64,000 nt of DNA from an uncultured Actinomycetota bacterium (GTDB lineage: Bacteria; Actinomycetota; Actinomycetes; JAHEKZ01), in assembly GCA_963718235.1 (NCBI GenBank), contig CAVQYR010000002.1, positions 64,001 through 128,000 on the forward strand. Direction: 5' to 3'. Shown here in pieces: positions 1 through 11,572 of this stretch. The position numbers and the translations under genes are program-made. Positions within the stretch are counted from its first letter, which is position 1, and every line of letters begins with the position of its first letter. The notes under the pieces were generated by a model. It was not told the DNA's origin, ran no database searches, and saw only the letters and a program-made list of their open reading frames with translations.

Positions 1-518
1 TTCACCAGGTGCGCGGAGACACCCAGCAGGCTGCCCGCCGCCATGGCCCACCCCGGGGGCCAGCCCGGCTCGTCGGAGGCCCAGGTCACGACCGCCGGCA
101 ACAGGCCGAACGCGACCGCGAACGGGGCCCAGGACCAGCTGCTCGCCTTCAGGCGCAGGTCGTAGGCGAGCCCGGCTCCCACGACCCCGAGCAGGTGGAG
201 GGCGGCCGACACCGGGCCGAGGAACACCGAGAGGGGAACGCTGACGGCCCCGGCCAGCCACGCGGCTGTGCGCACCTCGCGCCCGGACACCGAGCCCATG
301 GCCACCGGCTTGTCCGCACGGTTGGCCGCGGCGTCGCGCTCGGCGTCGACGCTGTCGTTGGTCCACCCGATGCACAGCTGACCGGCCAGCACCGCGCCGG
401 CGACGGACAGCGCCTGCGGCGCCGTCTGGCCGGCGCTGAGGGCCAGTGCGCCAGCGATCACCGTCACGGCAACCGTCGGCCCGAGATGGCTGGCCCGCAG
501 GAGAGCGACGCCGTTCAC
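1..518 (-). CDS. UbiA-family prenyltransferase (5' part; runs off the window)
   Basis: Not in the ORF track; read manually from GTG at 518: MNGVALLRASHLGPTVAVTVI...VLAGQLCIGWTNDSVDAERDAAANRADKPV. NDxxDxxxD...RxDKP is the UbiA Asp-rich motif; hydrophobic segments present. Confidence 0.8.
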   Translation of the reverse strand, partial: MNGVALLRASHLGPTVAVTVIAGALALSAGQTAPQALSVAGAVLAGQLCIGWTNDSVDAERDAAANRADKPVAMGSVSGREVRTAAWLAGAVSVPLSVFLGPVSAALHLLGVVGAGLAYDLRLKASSWSWAPFAVAFGLLPAVVTWASDEPGWPPGWAMAAGSLLGVSAHLV

Positions 519-799
519 GACGTCGCCTGCCGGCCGCACGCGATCCTGGTGAGGTCGGCGGTGAGCGGAGCCTCGGGCCGGTCGTCCTCCATCGACGACG
601 CGTCGTCGGGGATGCCGGCCATGGCCGCAGTCTGTCCGCAAGACCGCGCGCGTGCCATGACACCGCCTGGTTTGTCAAGCCCCCGGGGGGCCTTCGTTAC
701 CCCTCCGGTAGGCCGCTGACCTGCGGAAACGCCGTGAGCTGTCCGCTTTGACCGTGTTAGACTGACCTGTCTGCCAACAACGTGTGAGGGGTTCCATCC

Positions 800-1282
800 A
801 TGGCTTTTCAGGTCGGCGAGACCGTTGTGTACCCCCACCACGGGGCCGCCAAGATCGAAGCCATCGAGACCCGGGTCGTGCGCGGTGAGTCCAAGCTCTA
901 CCTCGTGCTGAAGGTCGCCCAGGGCGACCTCACCGTCCAGGTGCCGGCCGACAACGCCGAGTACGTCGGAGTGCGTGACGTCGTCAACGCCGAGGGCCTG
1001 GAGAAGGTCTTCGACGTGCTGCGGGCGCCGTACACCGAGGAGCCGACCAACTGGTCGCGCCGGTACAAGGCGAACCTCGAGAAGCTGGCCAGTGGCGACG
1101 TGATCAAGGTGGCGGAGGTCGTCCGCGACCTGTGGCGCCGCGAGAAGGACCGCGGCCTGTCGGCCGGCGAGAAGCGGATGCTGGCCAAGGCGCGCCAGAT
1201 CCTTGTGTCCGAGCTCGCACTTGCCGAGAAGACCAACGAGGACAAGGCCGAGACCATCCTCGACGAGGTGCTCGCCTCCTGA
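800..1282 (+). CDS. carD: CarD-family RNA polymerase-binding transcription factor
   Basis: [17 protein letters not shown]...[15 protein letters not shown]...[10 protein letters not shown]; conserved position upstream of ispD. Confidence 0.97.
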   Translation: MAFQVGETVVYPHHGAAKIEAIETRVVRGESKLYLVLKVAQGDLTVQVPADNAEYVGVRDVVNAEGLEKVFDVLRAPYTEEPTNWSRRYKANLEKLASGDVIKVAEVVRDLWRREKDRGLSAGEKRMLAKARQILVSELALAEKTNEDKAETILDEVLAS

Positions 1283-1345
1283 CGTCCGCCCCGCCGGCGG
1301 GCTGAGCCGGCGGGCCCTCGGATCGAGGTCGACCCGAGGAGCAAG

Positions 1346-2560
1346 ATGCGTCGCCCAGGTACCCGTGGCGTGCCCAACGGGGTCGTCGAGCTGCTGCGCT
1401 TGTTCGTGGTGGTGTTCGCCGCCACGATCGGGCTGCTGATCGGCTCGTCGTTCGGCGTGGACAACCTGGTCGGTCCGTTCAACGCGGCCTGGGTCGGGGT
1501 GATCCTCGGTTGCGGCATCGGCTACGCCCTCGGTGGTGTCCTCGGGCGAACGACTCTGTCGATGGTCAACAGCACCGAACGAGCGCTGCGCTCGGTGAGC
1601 GCTGAGGAGATCGTCGGGGGCGTCTTCGGAGGCATCGTGGGCGCCGTCCTGGGTGCCGCGGTGGCCTGGCCGATGTTCTTCATCGGGCGCCCCACGCTGT
1701 CCATCCCGCTCTTCGGCTTCGTCATGGTGACCCTGGGCATGCTGGGCTTTCGAGTGGGAGCCAGCAAGCGGGAGTCGATGCTCGGCATGTTCGGCGTGCA
1801 CGCGGGCATGGCCCCCCCGGTCGTGACGGCGTCCTCACTGCCCAAGCTGGTCGACTCCTCGGTCGCGATCGACGGCCGGGTGCTCGACGTCGTCCGGGCC
1901 GGCTTCCTGCACGGCAGGTTCCTGGTGGCCACCCCGGTGATCACCGAGCTGCAGGGCCTGGCCGACGCCGGCGACGCCACCCGACGGATGAAGGGCCGGC
2001 GCGGGCTGGAGGTGCTGGAGTCGCTCAAGCGTGAGCCCGGGGTCGAGGTGACCGTCCTCGACGAGGAGGTGCCGGCTGTCCCCGAGGTCGACGCCAAGCT
2101 GGTCCGGCTGTGCATCGACCACGAAGCAGCCCTGCTGACCCTGGACACGAACCTGGCGAAGGCGGCTGCCGTGGCCGGGGTGCGGGTGCTCAACCTGCAT
2201 GCACTGGCGATGGCCATGCGCCCGCCGGTCACCGCAGGTGATGAGACCGACGTGCTGCTCATGAAGACCGGACGCGAGCCCGGTCAGGCGGTGGGCTACC
2301 TCGACGACGGCACGATGGTCATCGTCGAGCACGCCAGGGACTCCATCGGACACGCGGTGACCGTTACGGTGACCAGCGTGGTGACGACAGCGAACGGCCG
2401 GCTCGTGTTCGGCCGCCTCGGCGAGGCGGATCCGGCGAGCAAGGCTGCGACCCCCGCTGCTCGCCCACGCGGCAACCGTCGTGGTCCCGTCCGTGAGCCC
2501 TCCCCGCGGGTCGACCCCGCAGACGTAGTGGCACACGACGGCGCGACGTCCGGCGCGTGA
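1346..2560 (+). CDS. Membrane protein with PIN and TRAM domains (YacL-like)
   Basis: N-terminal TM helices, PIN motif [11 protein letters not shown]...ELQ...RGLEVL...VDAKL...TLDTNL, TRAM motif [20 protein letters not shown]. Start may be slightly downstream. Confidence 0.9.
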   Translation: MRRPGTRGVPNGVVELLRLFVVVFAATIGLLIGSSFGVDNLVGPFNAAWVGVILGCGIGYALGGVLGRTTLSMVNSTERALRSVSAEEIVGGVFGGIVGAVLGAAVAWPMFFIGRPTLSIPLFGFVMVTLGMLGFRVGASKRESMLGMFGVHAGMAPPVVTASSLPKLVDSSVAIDGRVLDVVRAGFLHGRFLVATPVITELQGLADAGDATRRMKGRRGLEVLESLKREPGVEVTVLDEEVPAVPEVDAKLVRLCIDHEAALLTLDTNLAKAAAVAGVRVLNLHALAMAMRPPVTAGDETDVLLMKTGREPGQAVGYLDDGTMVIVEHARDSIGHAVTVTVTSVVTTANGRLVFGRLGEADPASKAATPAARPRGNRRGPVREPSPRVDPADVVAHDGATSGA

Positions 2561-3255
2561 CCACCGCGGCCGTCATCCCGGCGGCCGGACGGGGGGAGCG
2601 ACTCGGGCCCGGCGCCCCCAAGGCGCTGCGCGAGCTCGGCGGGCAGCCGATGCTGGTGCACGCCGTCCACGCCATGGCCACCGCCCGCAGCGTCGACCTG
2701 GTGGTGGTGGCGGCCCCGGCCGACGAGCTGGCCTCGGTCCGGGTGCTGCTGGCCCCGCTCGGCGGGGACACCCCCGTGCTCGTCGTCGCCGGCGGAGAGA
2801 CCCGCCAGGACTCCGTGGCCGCGGCTCTGGCCGCCCTGCCCGACGACGTCGACGTGGTGCTGGTGCACGACGCGGCCCGGCCCCTGGCGCCGCCCGAGCT
2901 GGCCGATGCTGTCGTCGCGACGATCCGGGCCGGTGCCGACGCGGTGGTTCCGGGCATCGCCCTGGCCGACACGGTCAAGCAGGTGGACCCGGCCGGCCGG
3001 GTCGAGGCCACCCCCGACCGGGAGGTGCTGCGCGCGGTGCAGACGCCTCAGGGGTTCCTGCGCGCGGTGCTGCAGGAGGCCCACGCGGCTGCCTCCGGGG
3101 CGAGTGCGACCGACGACGCCGGGCTCGTGGAGCGGCTGGGCCGTACCGTTCTGGTCGTGCCCGGCTCGGAGGAGGCGTTCAAGGTGACCCGTCCGCTCGA
3201 CCTGGTGCTGGCCGAGGCCGTGCTCGCCCGACGCCGGGCCGGCGGCAGCACGTGA
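2557..3255 (+). CDS. ispD: 2-C-methyl-D-erythritol 4-phosphate cytidylyltransferase
   Basis: [40 protein letters not shown] motifs. Confidence 0.96.
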   Translation: MTTAAVIPAAGRGERLGPGAPKALRELGGQPMLVHAVHAMATARSVDLVVVAAPADELASVRVLLAPLGGDTPVLVVAGGETRQDSVAAALAALPDDVDVVLVHDAARPLAPPELADAVVATIRAGADAVVPGIALADTVKQVDPAGRVEATPDREVLRAVQTPQGFLRAVLQEAHAAASGASATDDAGLVERLGRTVLVVPGSEEAFKVTRPLDLVLAEAVLARRRAGGST

Positions 3256-3746
3256 CCGCGGTGCCCCGGGTCGGCCTCGGGGTCGACGTCCACCCCCTGG
3301 TGACCGGGCGTCCGATGATGCTGGCCGGGCTGTCCTGGCCGGACGAGCCGCAGGGGTGCAGCGGTCACTCCGACGGCGACGTCGTCGCGCACGCGATGGC
3401 CGACGCCCTGCTCTCCGCCGCCGGGCTCGGCGACCTCGGCACAGTGTTCGGCACCGACCGACCGGAGTGGTCCGGCGCCTCGGGGGTGACCCTGCTGGCC
3501 GAGGTGGTGCGTCGGGTGCGCGAGGCCGGCTTCGGCGTCGGCAACGTGGCCGCCCAGGTGGTCGGGCAGCGCCCACGGGTCGGCGCCCGGAGGGCTGAGG
3601 CGGAGGCGGTGCTGGCCGAGGTGGTCGGCGCCCCGGTGTCGCTCGGCGCCACCACGACCGACGGGTTGGGCCTGACCGGCCGCGGCGAAGGCCTCGCCGC
3701 CCTGGCCACCGCCCTCGTCTTCCGCGCCGACGATCAGCAAACCTGA
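3252..3746 (+). CDS. ispF: 2-C-methyl-D-erythritol 2,4-cyclodiphosphate synthase
   Basis: [40 protein letters not shown]; overlaps the ispD stop. Confidence 0.96.
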   Translation: MTAVPRVGLGVDVHPLVTGRPMMLAGLSWPDEPQGCSGHSDGDVVAHAMADALLSAAGLGDLGTVFGTDRPEWSGASGVTLLAEVVRRVREAGFGVGNVAAQVVGQRPRVGARRAEAEAVLAEVVGAPVSLGATTTDGLGLTGRGEGLAALATALVFRADDQQT

Positions 3747-3846
3747 TCGTCGGCCGGCTTTGCGGGCCGTGCACGGCCCCCCAAGCCACCTCACCGCCAG
3801 TAAAGCCTGGAGAACCGGCCCTGACCCTGCCGATAGCCTGGCCCGC

Positions 3847-5244
3847 GTGAGCCTGCGCCTGTACGACACCGCGACCCGCCAGACCCGGGAGTTCGTGCCC
3901 CTGGTCCCCGGCGAGGCCTCGGTGTACCTGTGCGGGGCCACGGTGCAGTCACCGCCGCACATCGGGCACATCCGCAGCGGCCTGGCCTTCGACGTGCTCC
4001 GACGCTGGCTGACCCACCGCGGCTACGACGTCACGTTCGTCCGCAACGTCACCGACATCGACGACAAGATCCTGAACGGCGCCGCCGCCGAAGGCGTGCC
4101 GTGGTGGAACCTGGCACTGCGCAACGAGCGGGCGTTCTCGTGGGCCTACGACACCCTGGGCTGCCTGCCCCCGACCGGCGAGCCACGGGCCACCGGCCAC
4201 GTCACGCAGATGGTCGACATCATGCAGCGCCTGATCGACGCGGGACACGCCTACCCGGCGGGCGGCGACGTGTACTTCGACGTCCGGTCATGGCCGTCGT
4301 ACGGGCGCCTCTCGGGTCAGAAGATCGACGACATGCTGCCGGCGACCGACTCCGACCTGCCGGGAAAGCGTGACCCTCGCGACTTCGCGCTCTGGAAGGG
4401 CGCCAAGCCCGGTGAGCCCTCGTGGCCCACACCGTGGGGTCGTGGCCGACCGGGTTGGCACCTGGAGTGCTCCGCGATGGCCTACGCCTACCTCGGGCCG
4501 CAGTTCGACATCCATGGTGGGGGCATCGACCTGGTGTTCCCCCATCACGAGAACGAGATCGCGCAGTCCGAAGCAGCCGGTGACGGGTTCGCCAACTACT
4601 GGATGCACAACGCGTGGGTCACGACCAGCGGCGAGAAGATGAGCAAGTCGCTCGGCAACTCGCTGCTGGTCACCGAGGTCGTGCGGCGCGTACGGCCGAT
4701 CGAGCTGCGCTACTACCTGCTCAGCGCGCACTACCGCTCGCACCAGGAGTTCTCCGAGACGGCGTTGTCCGACGCGGCGACGACCTTCCAGCGGCTGGAG
4801 AACTTCGTGCTGCGGGCGCACGAACGAGTGGGCGACGTGACCCCGTCCGTCACGTGTGCGGACTTCGAGAACGCTATGGACGACGACCTCGGTGTTCCGG
4901 CGGCGTTGGCGGCCCTGCAGGAGGTGGTCCACGACGGCAACAAGGCCCTGTCCGAGAGCAACGAGGCCCTCCTGCGCGGCACACTCGCATCGGTGCGCGC
5001 CATGCTCGGTCTTCTGGGCCTGGACCCCCTGGCCGACCCATGGCGCGGCCACCGCAGTGACGACGAAGGCCTGCGATCCGCCCTCGACCAGCTGGTGCAG
5101 TCAGCTCTCGCCCAGCGGCAGGAGGCCCGGGCGCGCAAGGACTTCGCCGCGGCCGACGCCGTCCGGGACCAGCTCGCGGCGTCCGGCATCACGATCGAGG
5201 ACACCGCCGGCGGCGCGCGCTGGTCACTCCAGGGCGAGGGCTGA
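3847..5244 (+). CDS. cysS: Cysteine--tRNA ligase
   Basis: [30 protein letters not shown] and KMSKS. Start set at GTG 3847 (VSLRLYDT), 7 nt after a TAGCCT -10-like hexamer. Confidence 0.97.
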   Translation: MSLRLYDTATRQTREFVPLVPGEASVYLCGATVQSPPHIGHIRSGLAFDVLRRWLTHRGYDVTFVRNVTDIDDKILNGAAAEGVPWWNLALRNERAFSWAYDTLGCLPPTGEPRATGHVTQMVDIMQRLIDAGHAYPAGGDVYFDVRSWPSYGRLSGQKIDDMLPATDSDLPGKRDPRDFALWKGAKPGEPSWPTPWGRGRPGWHLECSAMAYAYLGPQFDIHGGGIDLVFPHHENEIAQSEAAGDGFANYWMHNAWVTTSGEKMSKSLGNSLLVTEVVRRVRPIELRYYLLSAHYRSHQEFSETALSDAATTFQRLENFVLRAHERVGDVTPSVTCADFENAMDDDLGVPAALAALQEVVHDGNKALSESNEALLRGTLASVRAMLGLLGLDPLADPWRGHRSDDEGLRSALDQLVQSALAQRQEARARKDFAAADAVRDQLAASGITIEDTAGGARWSLQGEG

Positions 5245-6212
5245 TGGCCGGCAACTCACAGCGCAGGGGCGCCAAGCGCAACCCGGGCTCGAAGAAGGGA
5301 TCGGTGGTCGGCACCGGCGGCCAGAAGTCCAAGGGACTCCGTGGGAAGGGGCCGACGCCGAAGGCCACCGAGCGTGACCATCACCCGGCCGCACGCCGGG
5401 CGCGGGCCACGGCCGAGCAGTCGACGCGAACGTCGGGCGGCAAGCGGCGGTCCGGCGGGTCCGGCGGGTCCGGCGGGCCGGAGTACATCGCCGGACGCAA
5501 CGCCGTGGTCGAGGCGCTGCGGGCGGGCGTGCCCGCGACCACGCTCTACGTCGCCTCGCGCATCGACAGCGACGACCGCGTGAAGGAGTCCCTCCAGCTG
5601 GCGGTCGACCGCGGGCTGGGTCTGATCGAGTCGGCCAAGCCCGAGCTCGACCGGCTGACCAACGGCGCCGTGCACCAGGGTGTTGCGCTGCAGGTGCCGG
5701 CCTACGAGTACGCGCACCCCGACGACCTCCTGGCTGCCGCTCACGACCGTGGCGAGCCCGCGCTGATCGTCGCGCTCGACGGCATTACCGACCCGCGCAA
5801 CCTCGGGGCGATCGTGCGATCGGCCGCGGCGTTCGGCGCCCATGGCGTCGTGGTGCCCGAACGACGAGCGGCGGCGATGACCGCGTCGGCCTGGAAGACC
5901 TCGGCCGGGGCCGCATCCCGGCTGCCGGTCGCCCGAGTCACGAACCTGAACCGCCAGCTGGCCAAGTTCCACGACGAGGGGCTCGCCGTCGTCGGCCTGG
6001 CCGCCGACGCAACGGAGTCCGTGGCGGACATGCCTTTCGCCGACGGACCGGTCGTGCTCGTCGTCGGTGCTGAGGGCGAGGGGCTGTCGCGGCTGGTGCG
6101 TGAGCACTGCGACGCGCTGGCCTCGATCCCGATGGAGTCGACCACTGAGTCGCTGAACGCCGGTGTGGCCGCCGGGATCGCGCTGTTCAGCATTGCGGCG
6201 CAACGCCGTTGA
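5244..6212 (+). CDS. rlmB: 23S rRNA Gm2251 2'-O-methyltransferase
   Basis: [46 protein letters not shown] (SPOUT family); follows cysS. Confidence 0.94.
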   Translation: MAGNSQRRGAKRNPGSKKGSVVGTGGQKSKGLRGKGPTPKATERDHHPAARRARATAEQSTRTSGGKRRSGGSGGSGGPEYIAGRNAVVEALRAGVPATTLYVASRIDSDDRVKESLQLAVDRGLGLIESAKPELDRLTNGAVHQGVALQVPAYEYAHPDDLLAAAHDRGEPALIVALDGITDPRNLGAIVRSAAAFGAHGVVVPERRAAAMTASAWKTSAGAASRLPVARVTNLNRQLAKFHDEGLAVVGLAADATESVADMPFADGPVVLVVGAEGEGLSRLVREHCDALASIPMESTTESLNAGVAAGIALFSIAAQRR

Positions 6213-6239
6213 CCCGCCCACGGGTACGCTCGAGGCTCC

Positions 6240-6312
6240 GCCGGCGTGGCGCAATTGGTAGCGCACCCGACTTGTAATCGGGAGGTTAGGGGTTCGATTC
6301 CCCTCGCCGGCT
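6240..6312 (+). tRNA. tRNA-Thr (anticodon TGT), CCA not encoded
   Basis: Cloverleaf: acceptor GCCGGCG/CGCCGGC, D arm GCGC-AATTGGTA-GCGC, anticodon arm CCCGA-CTTGTAA-TCGGG, T arm AGGGG-TTCGATT-CCCCT. Confidence 0.97.
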
Positions 6313-6313
6313 C

Positions 6314-7228
6314 GTGGACATCGCAATAGTCGGTCTGGGCCGCATGGGCGGCAACATGTCTCGACGCATGGCACGCGGAGGGCACCGTGTCGTCGCGTGC
6401 GACCCCGACGAGAGCGCGCGCCGCGCGCTGGACGACGAGCCGGGGGTCGAGACGTCCGCGTCGCTGGCCGATGCGGTGGCGTCGCTCGAAGCGCCGAGAG
6501 TGGTGTGGATCATGCTACCCGCCGGTGCGGTCACCGACGGGGTGCTCGCCGAGCTGGGTGACCTGCTGCAGCCGGGTGATCTCGTGGTCGACGGCGGCAA
6601 CGCCAACTACCACGACTCCCAGCAGCGCGGCGCCGTGCTGGCGGAGCGCGGCCTGCGCTTCGTCGACGCCGGCGTCAGCGGGGGTGTCTGGGGGCTCTCC
6701 GAGGGCTACGGGCTCATGGTCGGCGGTGATGAGGACGACGTCGCCCGGGTCTCGCCGGTCCTGCGCACGCTCGCGCCGTCGCCGAGCTCCGGGTGGGTGC
6801 ACGTGGGTCCGGTCGGTGCGGGTCACTTCGCCAAGATGGTGCACAACGGCATCGAGTACGGGCTCATGCAGGCCTACGCCGAAGGATTCGCGATGCTGCG
6901 CGCCCGCCACGACCTCGTCGGCGACGTCGGCGCTGTGGCCGAGGCGTGGCGCGAGGGCACCGTGATCAGGTCGTGGCTGCTTGACCTCGCTGCGGGGGTC
7001 CTGGCCCATGACCAGACGCTCGGCGACGTGGCGCCCGTGGTTGCGGACTCCGGTGAGGGCCGGTGGACCGTGCACGAGGCGGTCGACCTCGGCGTCCCGA
7101 TCCCGGTGATCACGGCTGCGCTGTACGACAGGTTCAGCAGCCAGGGCAACGGCGACTACGGCGACCAGCTGCTCGCCAAGCTGCGTCAGGCCTTCGGCGG
7201 CCACCCCGTCGCCCCGCCGAAGAGCTAG
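6314..7228 (+). CDS. gnd: 6-phosphogluconate dehydrogenase, decarboxylating (short form)
   Basis: GLGRMGGNM, VDGGNA, DAGVSGGVWG, GHFAKMVHNGIEYG, VADSGEGRWT, LRQAFGGH. Confidence 0.94.
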   Translation: MDIAIVGLGRMGGNMSRRMARGGHRVVACDPDESARRALDDEPGVETSASLADAVASLEAPRVVWIMLPAGAVTDGVLAELGDLLQPGDLVVDGGNANYHDSQQRGAVLAERGLRFVDAGVSGGVWGLSEGYGLMVGGDEDDVARVSPVLRTLAPSPSSGWVHVGPVGAGHFAKMVHNGIEYGLMQAYAEGFAMLRARHDLVGDVGAVAEAWREGTVIRSWLLDLAAGVLAHDQTLGDVAPVVADSGEGRWTVHEAVDLGVPIPVITAALYDRFSSQGNGDYGDQLLAKLRQAFGGHPVAPPKS

Positions 7229-7941
7229 GCGGACCGGCCGGACCCCAAGCGGGCTGCGGCAGCCTCGTCGACCACCAGCGTCGCGCGGGCGCGCGAGACG
7301 TGCGAGGCCACGAGTCGTTGGTCGTCGTTGACGAGACCGTGGACGGCGTTGACCTTGCCCACCCCCGTGACCAGCCAGACGAGCAGCCCGGCCCGGTCGA
7401 GCACGGGCATGGTCAGCGTCAGGCGGCGGTGGCCGCGGTACGGCCGGGTGACGGCGACCAGCCGGTCGGTCACCTCGACTGCCCGGTCACCGGGAGTCAG
7501 CGACGCCGTGTGCCCGTCGTCACCGAGGCCGAGGTGGACGATGTCGAGTGCGGAGTCCTGTCCGCACACCCGCAGCAGCGTCTCGGTGTACTCGCCGGCG
7601 GCGCCGGACATCGACTCCTCGTCGTCCGGGTCGACCCCGTCGACCGGCATCTGGTGCCGGTTCTCCTGCGGCAGGCGACTGGCGAGCGGCTCCAGCGTCG
7701 GCCAGTTGCGTGCGGGGTCGCCGGCCTCGACGAACCGCTCGTCGACCTGGAGGAGGTGGACCGCCGCCCAGGGCAGCTCGTACTCAGCGAGCTGCTCGAC
7801 CATGGCGCCCGGTGTGGTGCCCCCGCTCAGCGCGAGCGTGGCGACGCCTCGGGCGGTGACCGCGTCGCGGATGTGCCCGGCGATCGACGAGGCCGCCAGC
7901 TCGGCGGCGTCCTCGCGGGTCGCCACGACGTCGACGCGCAC
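7225..7941 (-). CDS. pgl: 6-phosphogluconolactonase
   Basis: ALSGGTTP, QVDERFV, LGLGDDGHTASL, RLTLT; adjacent to zwf. Confidence 0.9.
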   Translation of the reverse strand: MRVDVVATREDAAELAASSIAGHIRDAVTARGVATLALSGGTTPGAMVEQLAEYELPWAAVHLLQVDERFVEAGDPARNWPTLEPLASRLPQENRHQMPVDGVDPDDEESMSGAAGEYTETLLRVCGQDSALDIVHLGLGDDGHTASLTPGDRAVEVTDRLVAVTRPYRGHRRLTLTMPVLDRAGLLVWLVTGVGKVNAVHGLVNDDQRLVASHVSRARATLVVDEAAAARLGSGRSA

Positions 7942-7945
7942 GACG

Positions 7946-9352
7946 TCAGCCGCTCTTCGGCTCGTGCCAGCCGCCGACGGCGGCAGCCAGGGCGTCGCCC
8001 GCCGCTGGTCCCCAGGTGCCGGGACGGTAGGGCTCCGGGTCGTCGGCGGAGTCGCCGTCGATCACGTCGTCGACGATGCCCCACGACGCGGCCACCGCGT
8101 CGGCGCGCGCGAACAGGGTCTGCTCGCCGTCCATGGCGTCGTCGATCAGCCGCTCGTAGGCGGTCATCTCCCCGGTGGAGTCGTCGACCATCTTCAGCTC
8201 GACGTTGCGGCCCACCTGCTCGTCACCAGGGCGCTTGTTGCGCACCCCCAGGGCGATGGCGACACGGTCGGGGCCGAGCCGGAACCGGAGGTGGTTGCTG
8301 TCGCGGGGCAGAGCCTCGTCGAAGAGCTGCTGTGGCGGACGGTGGAACGTGGCCAGCACCTCTGTTGCCGTCACGGGCAGCTGTTTGCCCGCGCGGATCA
8401 GGAACGGGACGCCGCTCCACCGCCACGAGTCGACGTGCAGGCGCAGCGCCGCGTACGTCTCGGTCTTGGAGGTCGGCGAGACGCCGGGCTCGTCGCGGTA
8501 GCCGACGTACTGGCCCCTGACCAGGTCGGCATGACCCGGTGGTCGGACCGCGTGAAGCACCTTGACGCGTTCGTCGCGCAGTGGTCCGGAGGCCATGCTG
8601 ACCGGGGCCTCCATGGCCAGCAGCGACACGACCTGCAGGAGGTGGTTCTGGACGACGTCGCGGACGGCACCCAGCTCCTCGTAGAGCGCGCCGCGCCCTT
8701 CGACCCCGAAGGACTCGGCCATGGTGATCTGCACGCTCGAGACGTGGGTGCGGTTCCACAGCGGTTCGAGGAAGGAGTTGGCGAACCGGAAGTACAGCAG
8801 GTTCTGCACCGACTCCTTCCCGAGGTAGTGGTCGATCCGGTAGACGTCGTCCTCGTCGAACGCCTGGTGGACGACGGCGTCCAGCTCGTGCATCGACGCG
8901 AGGTCGCGGCCGAACGGCTTCTCGACCACCAGCCGCCCGCTGACGTTGAGGCCGGTCTGCTTGAGCTGACCGATCACCGTCTCGAACAGGCTCGGTGGGA
9001 TGGCGAGGTAGAACAGCGGCCGCGCAGCGCCGTCGATCGCAGCGGCAAGCCGTTCGAACGTCGTCGGGTCCTGGTAGTCGCCGGGAACGAAGGCGAGACG
9101 TCGCTCGAGCTCCTCGGTCGCTGCCGGGTCCGAGTCGTCGCCGTGGTCTCGCACGCTGTCGCGGACATGCTGGCGCAGCCACTCATCGGTGCGGTCGCCG
9201 CGGGCGACCCCGACCACGGGCACACCGAGGCGTCCTCTGCTCGCGAGGTTGTGCAGCGCGGGAAAGATCTTCTTGTACGAGAGGTCGCCGGTGACCCCGA
9301 AGATGACGAGGGCGTCGGCGGCGTCGGCGGGGCGCGCTGCGACGGAGGTCAT
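7946..9352 (-). CDS. zwf: Glucose-6-phosphate 1-dehydrogenase
   Basis: [50 protein letters not shown]. Confidence 0.96.
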   Translation of the reverse strand: MTSVAARPADAADALVIFGVTGDLSYKKIFPALHNLASRGRLGVPVVGVARGDRTDEWLRQHVRDSVRDHGDDSDPAATEELERRLAFVPGDYQDPTTFERLAAAIDGAARPLFYLAIPPSLFETVIGQLKQTGLNVSGRLVVEKPFGRDLASMHELDAVVHQAFDEDDVYRIDHYLGKESVQNLLYFRFANSFLEPLWNRTHVSSVQITMAESFGVEGRGALYEELGAVRDVVQNHLLQVVSLLAMEAPVSMASGPLRDERVKVLHAVRPPGHADLVRGQYVGYRDEPGVSPTSKTETYAALRLHVDSWRWSGVPFLIRAGKQLPVTATEVLATFHRPPQQLFDEALPRDSNHLRFRLGPDRVAIALGVRNKRPGDEQVGRNVELKMVDDSTGEMTAYERLIDDAMDGEQTLFARADAVAASWGIVDDVIDGDSADDPEPYRPGTWGPAAGDALAAAVGGWHEPKSG

Positions 9353-9356
9353 TCGC

Positions 9357-10646
9357 TCACGATAGGGGCGTGGACGGGGGGCCGCCGGTCGACGGGTCGT
9401 GGGGCAGCTCGGCCAGCCGGCGCAGGAGGAAGTCGCGTTCGGTCACGGCGCCGACCTGCTCCAGCGCCTGCCGGTAGGCCGCTGCGGCCTCCTCGGTCCG
9501 GCCGGCCCGGCGCAGGAGCTCGGCCCGGGTGGCCGGCAGGTAGTGGTAGCCGCGCAGGCGCGGGTCGTCGGACAGCGGGTCCAGGAGGGCCAGTCCGGCG
9601 CCGGGCCCTTCGGCGTAGGCGTGCGCGACCGCCCGGTTGACCTCGACGACCGGGCTCGGCCACGTGTCGGCCAGGCGGTCGTACAGGGCAGCGATGCCGA
9701 TCCAGTCGGTGGCCTCGAACGTGGCGGCCTCGGCGTGGGCTGCGGCGATCCCGGCCTGCAGGAGGAAGCGTCCGGCGGGCCGGGTCGAGCTGCGCAGGGC
9801 CCGGTCGAACATCGCCAGCCCGTGGGTGAGCAGCTCGCCGTCCCACTGGCTGCGGTCCTGGTCGGCGAGCAGCACGAGCTGACCGTCGGGGTCGATCCGG
9901 CTGGGACGCCGCGCCTCGGTGAGCTCAAGCAGGGCCAGCAGCCCGAGCACCTCCGGCTCGTCCGGCATCAAGGTGGCCAGGACCTTGCTGAGGTCGAGTG
10001 CGGCACTGGTCAGGTCGGTGCGCAGCAGAGCATCGCCCTCGGGCGCACTGTGACCCGTCGTGAAGACGAGGTGGATGACGGTGAGGACAGCGTCGAGTCG
10101 AGACGGGAGGTCGTCACGGTCGGGCACGCGGTAGGGGATCGCGGCTGCGGTGATCTTGTGCTTGGCCCTGGTGAGGCGAGCGGCCATCGCGGTGGGGGTC
10201 ACCAGCAGGGCGTGTGCGATCTCGTCGGTGGTGAGCCCGGCCACCAGCCGCAGCGTGAGGGCCACCTGTGTGTCCTGGGCGAGGGAGGGGTGGCAGCAGG
10301 TGAACACGAGGCGCAGTCGGTCGTCGGGCAGCACATCGGGCTCCTGGTCAGCGGAGGTGTCGTCGAGCACGTCGGCGGCCAGCACGGACAGCCGGCGGCG
10401 CAGGGTCGACTGTCGGCGTAGCGCGTCGAGGGCGTTTCGGCGAGCAGTCGTGGTCAGCCACGCTCCGGGGCGGTCGGGGACGCCGCGTGTGGGCCATGTC
10501 TTCAGAGCTGCCTCGAAGGCGTCAGCCGTGGCCTCCTCGGCCACGCCGAGGTCGCCGCCGGTCAGTCGGGCGGTGGAGGCGAGGACCCGAGCCCACTCGC
10601 TGCGGTGGGCCGCCTCGACCGCGGACACAACCGCTGAGGGCGTCAT
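9357..10646 (-). CDS. ECF sigma factor with C-terminal TPR extension (ECF42-type)
   Basis: Sigma region 2 ([14 protein letters not shown]), [15 protein letters not shown], region 4 [25 protein letters not shown] and a TPR-like tail; DGPF gene upstream. Confidence 0.92.
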   Translation of the reverse strand: MTPSAVVSAVEAAHRSEWARVLASTARLTGGDLGVAEEATADAFEAALKTWPTRGVPDRPGAWLTTTARRNALDALRRQSTLRRRLSVLAADVLDDTSADQEPDVLPDDRLRLVFTCCHPSLAQDTQVALTLRLVAGLTTDEIAHALLVTPTAMAARLTRAKHKITAAAIPYRVPDRDDLPSRLDAVLTVIHLVFTTGHSAPEGDALLRTDLTSAALDLSKVLATLMPDEPEVLGLLALLELTEARRPSRIDPDGQLVLLADQDRSQWDGELLTHGLAMFDRALRSSTRPAGRFLLQAGIAAAHAEAATFEATDWIGIAALYDRLADTWPSPVVEVNRAVAHAYAEGPGAGLALLDPLSDDPRLRGYHYLPATRAELLRRAGRTEEAAAAYRQALEQVGAVTERDFLLRRLAELPHDPSTGGPPSTPLS

Positions 10647-10667
10647 CGCGACGCCCTCAGCCCACGG

Positions 10668-11429
10668 TCAGGGGATTGTCGGTGCGGCTGCCGTCGCCCG
10701 GGCGACCGGGCGCCGGCCGAGCGCGATCGAGAAGTAGTCAACGATCCCGCGGAACTGGTCGTCGGCAGACTTGAGGTCCTTGTTGCCGATGTGCACCGGC
10801 CGCGTGCTCTGGATGGCGCCGACCTGGCGGCGCACGACACGGCCCCGACCGTCGATCGAGATACCGATCTTCCCGTGGAGGCGGTAGCAGACGACGAGGT
10901 GGAACTGCCCGTCGTTGATCCCGCGACGGGAGGTGATGAGACCCGCGCCTTGCCTACCCTTGATCCGACAACGGATCCTTCCGCTGTCGGGAAGGGCCTC
11001 GACCTTCCACTGCCCGGCGTCGCGGTAGAACCCCAGCTGGGCGAGGTTGGGGGTGTCATTGCCGACGAACCGGGTGACCTTGACCGTCATCGCGACGGCA
11101 AACGCTCGCCGGTTGGGCACGAGTTCGCCCGAACGGTTGATGACGCCCTGGGAGCGGGCCATCAGCGAGACTGCCCCCCGCTTGCCGTTCGCACCGACCG
11201 CCCGTCGCCAGTGGCCGCCCAGCCGCAGCTGGCGGTGGGTCGGTCGCGACACGTCGCGCACCACGCCACTGGGCTTGACCCTGTTGAAGGTGTAGACCAC
11301 ATCTGCGGGGGGACGCTTCGCCGTCCCTGCCTGCGCAACGGCAGTGGGGGCCGAGAAGGCGACCCCCCAGACCAGGGCACCCGCTGCCGCTACTGCCACC
11401 AAGCGTCGACCGTGCCGCATGATGCACAC
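10668..11429 (-). CDS. Secreted LamG/concanavalin-A-like domain protein
   Basis: Signal peptide (…TAVAQA); INDGQFHLVVC..ISIDG..VHIGNK...FRGIVD resembles a LamG jelly-roll; strongly basic. Confidence 0.7.
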   Translation of the reverse strand: MCIMRHGRRLVAVAAAGALVWGVAFSAPTAVAQAGTAKRPPADVVYTFNRVKPSGVVRDVSRPTHRQLRLGGHWRRAVGANGKRGAVSLMARSQGVINRSGELVPNRRAFAVAMTVKVTRFVGNDTPNLAQLGFYRDAGQWKVEALPDSGRIRCRIKGRQGAGLITSRRGINDGQFHLVVCYRLHGKIGISIDGRGRVVRRQVGAIQSTRPVHIGNKDLKSADDQFRGIVDYFSIALGRRPVARATAAAPTIP

Positions 11430-11572
11430 CCCGTTCCCCCGGTCGGACCCGGCGCCTCCGGGTACCGGCGACGAGATTATCAGCGCCGACGACGCCCCCG
11501 GATGGGCCTTTCTGCCCTGTCATTCCGTCGACCAGACCCGTCGGCGCCGCACGCCGTGCTGCCGGCCTCGGC

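Noticed and set aside
515-623. Short ORF whose stop overlaps the UbiA start (GTGA)
   Set aside because: No recognisable motif or RBS; cannot be distinguished from chance.
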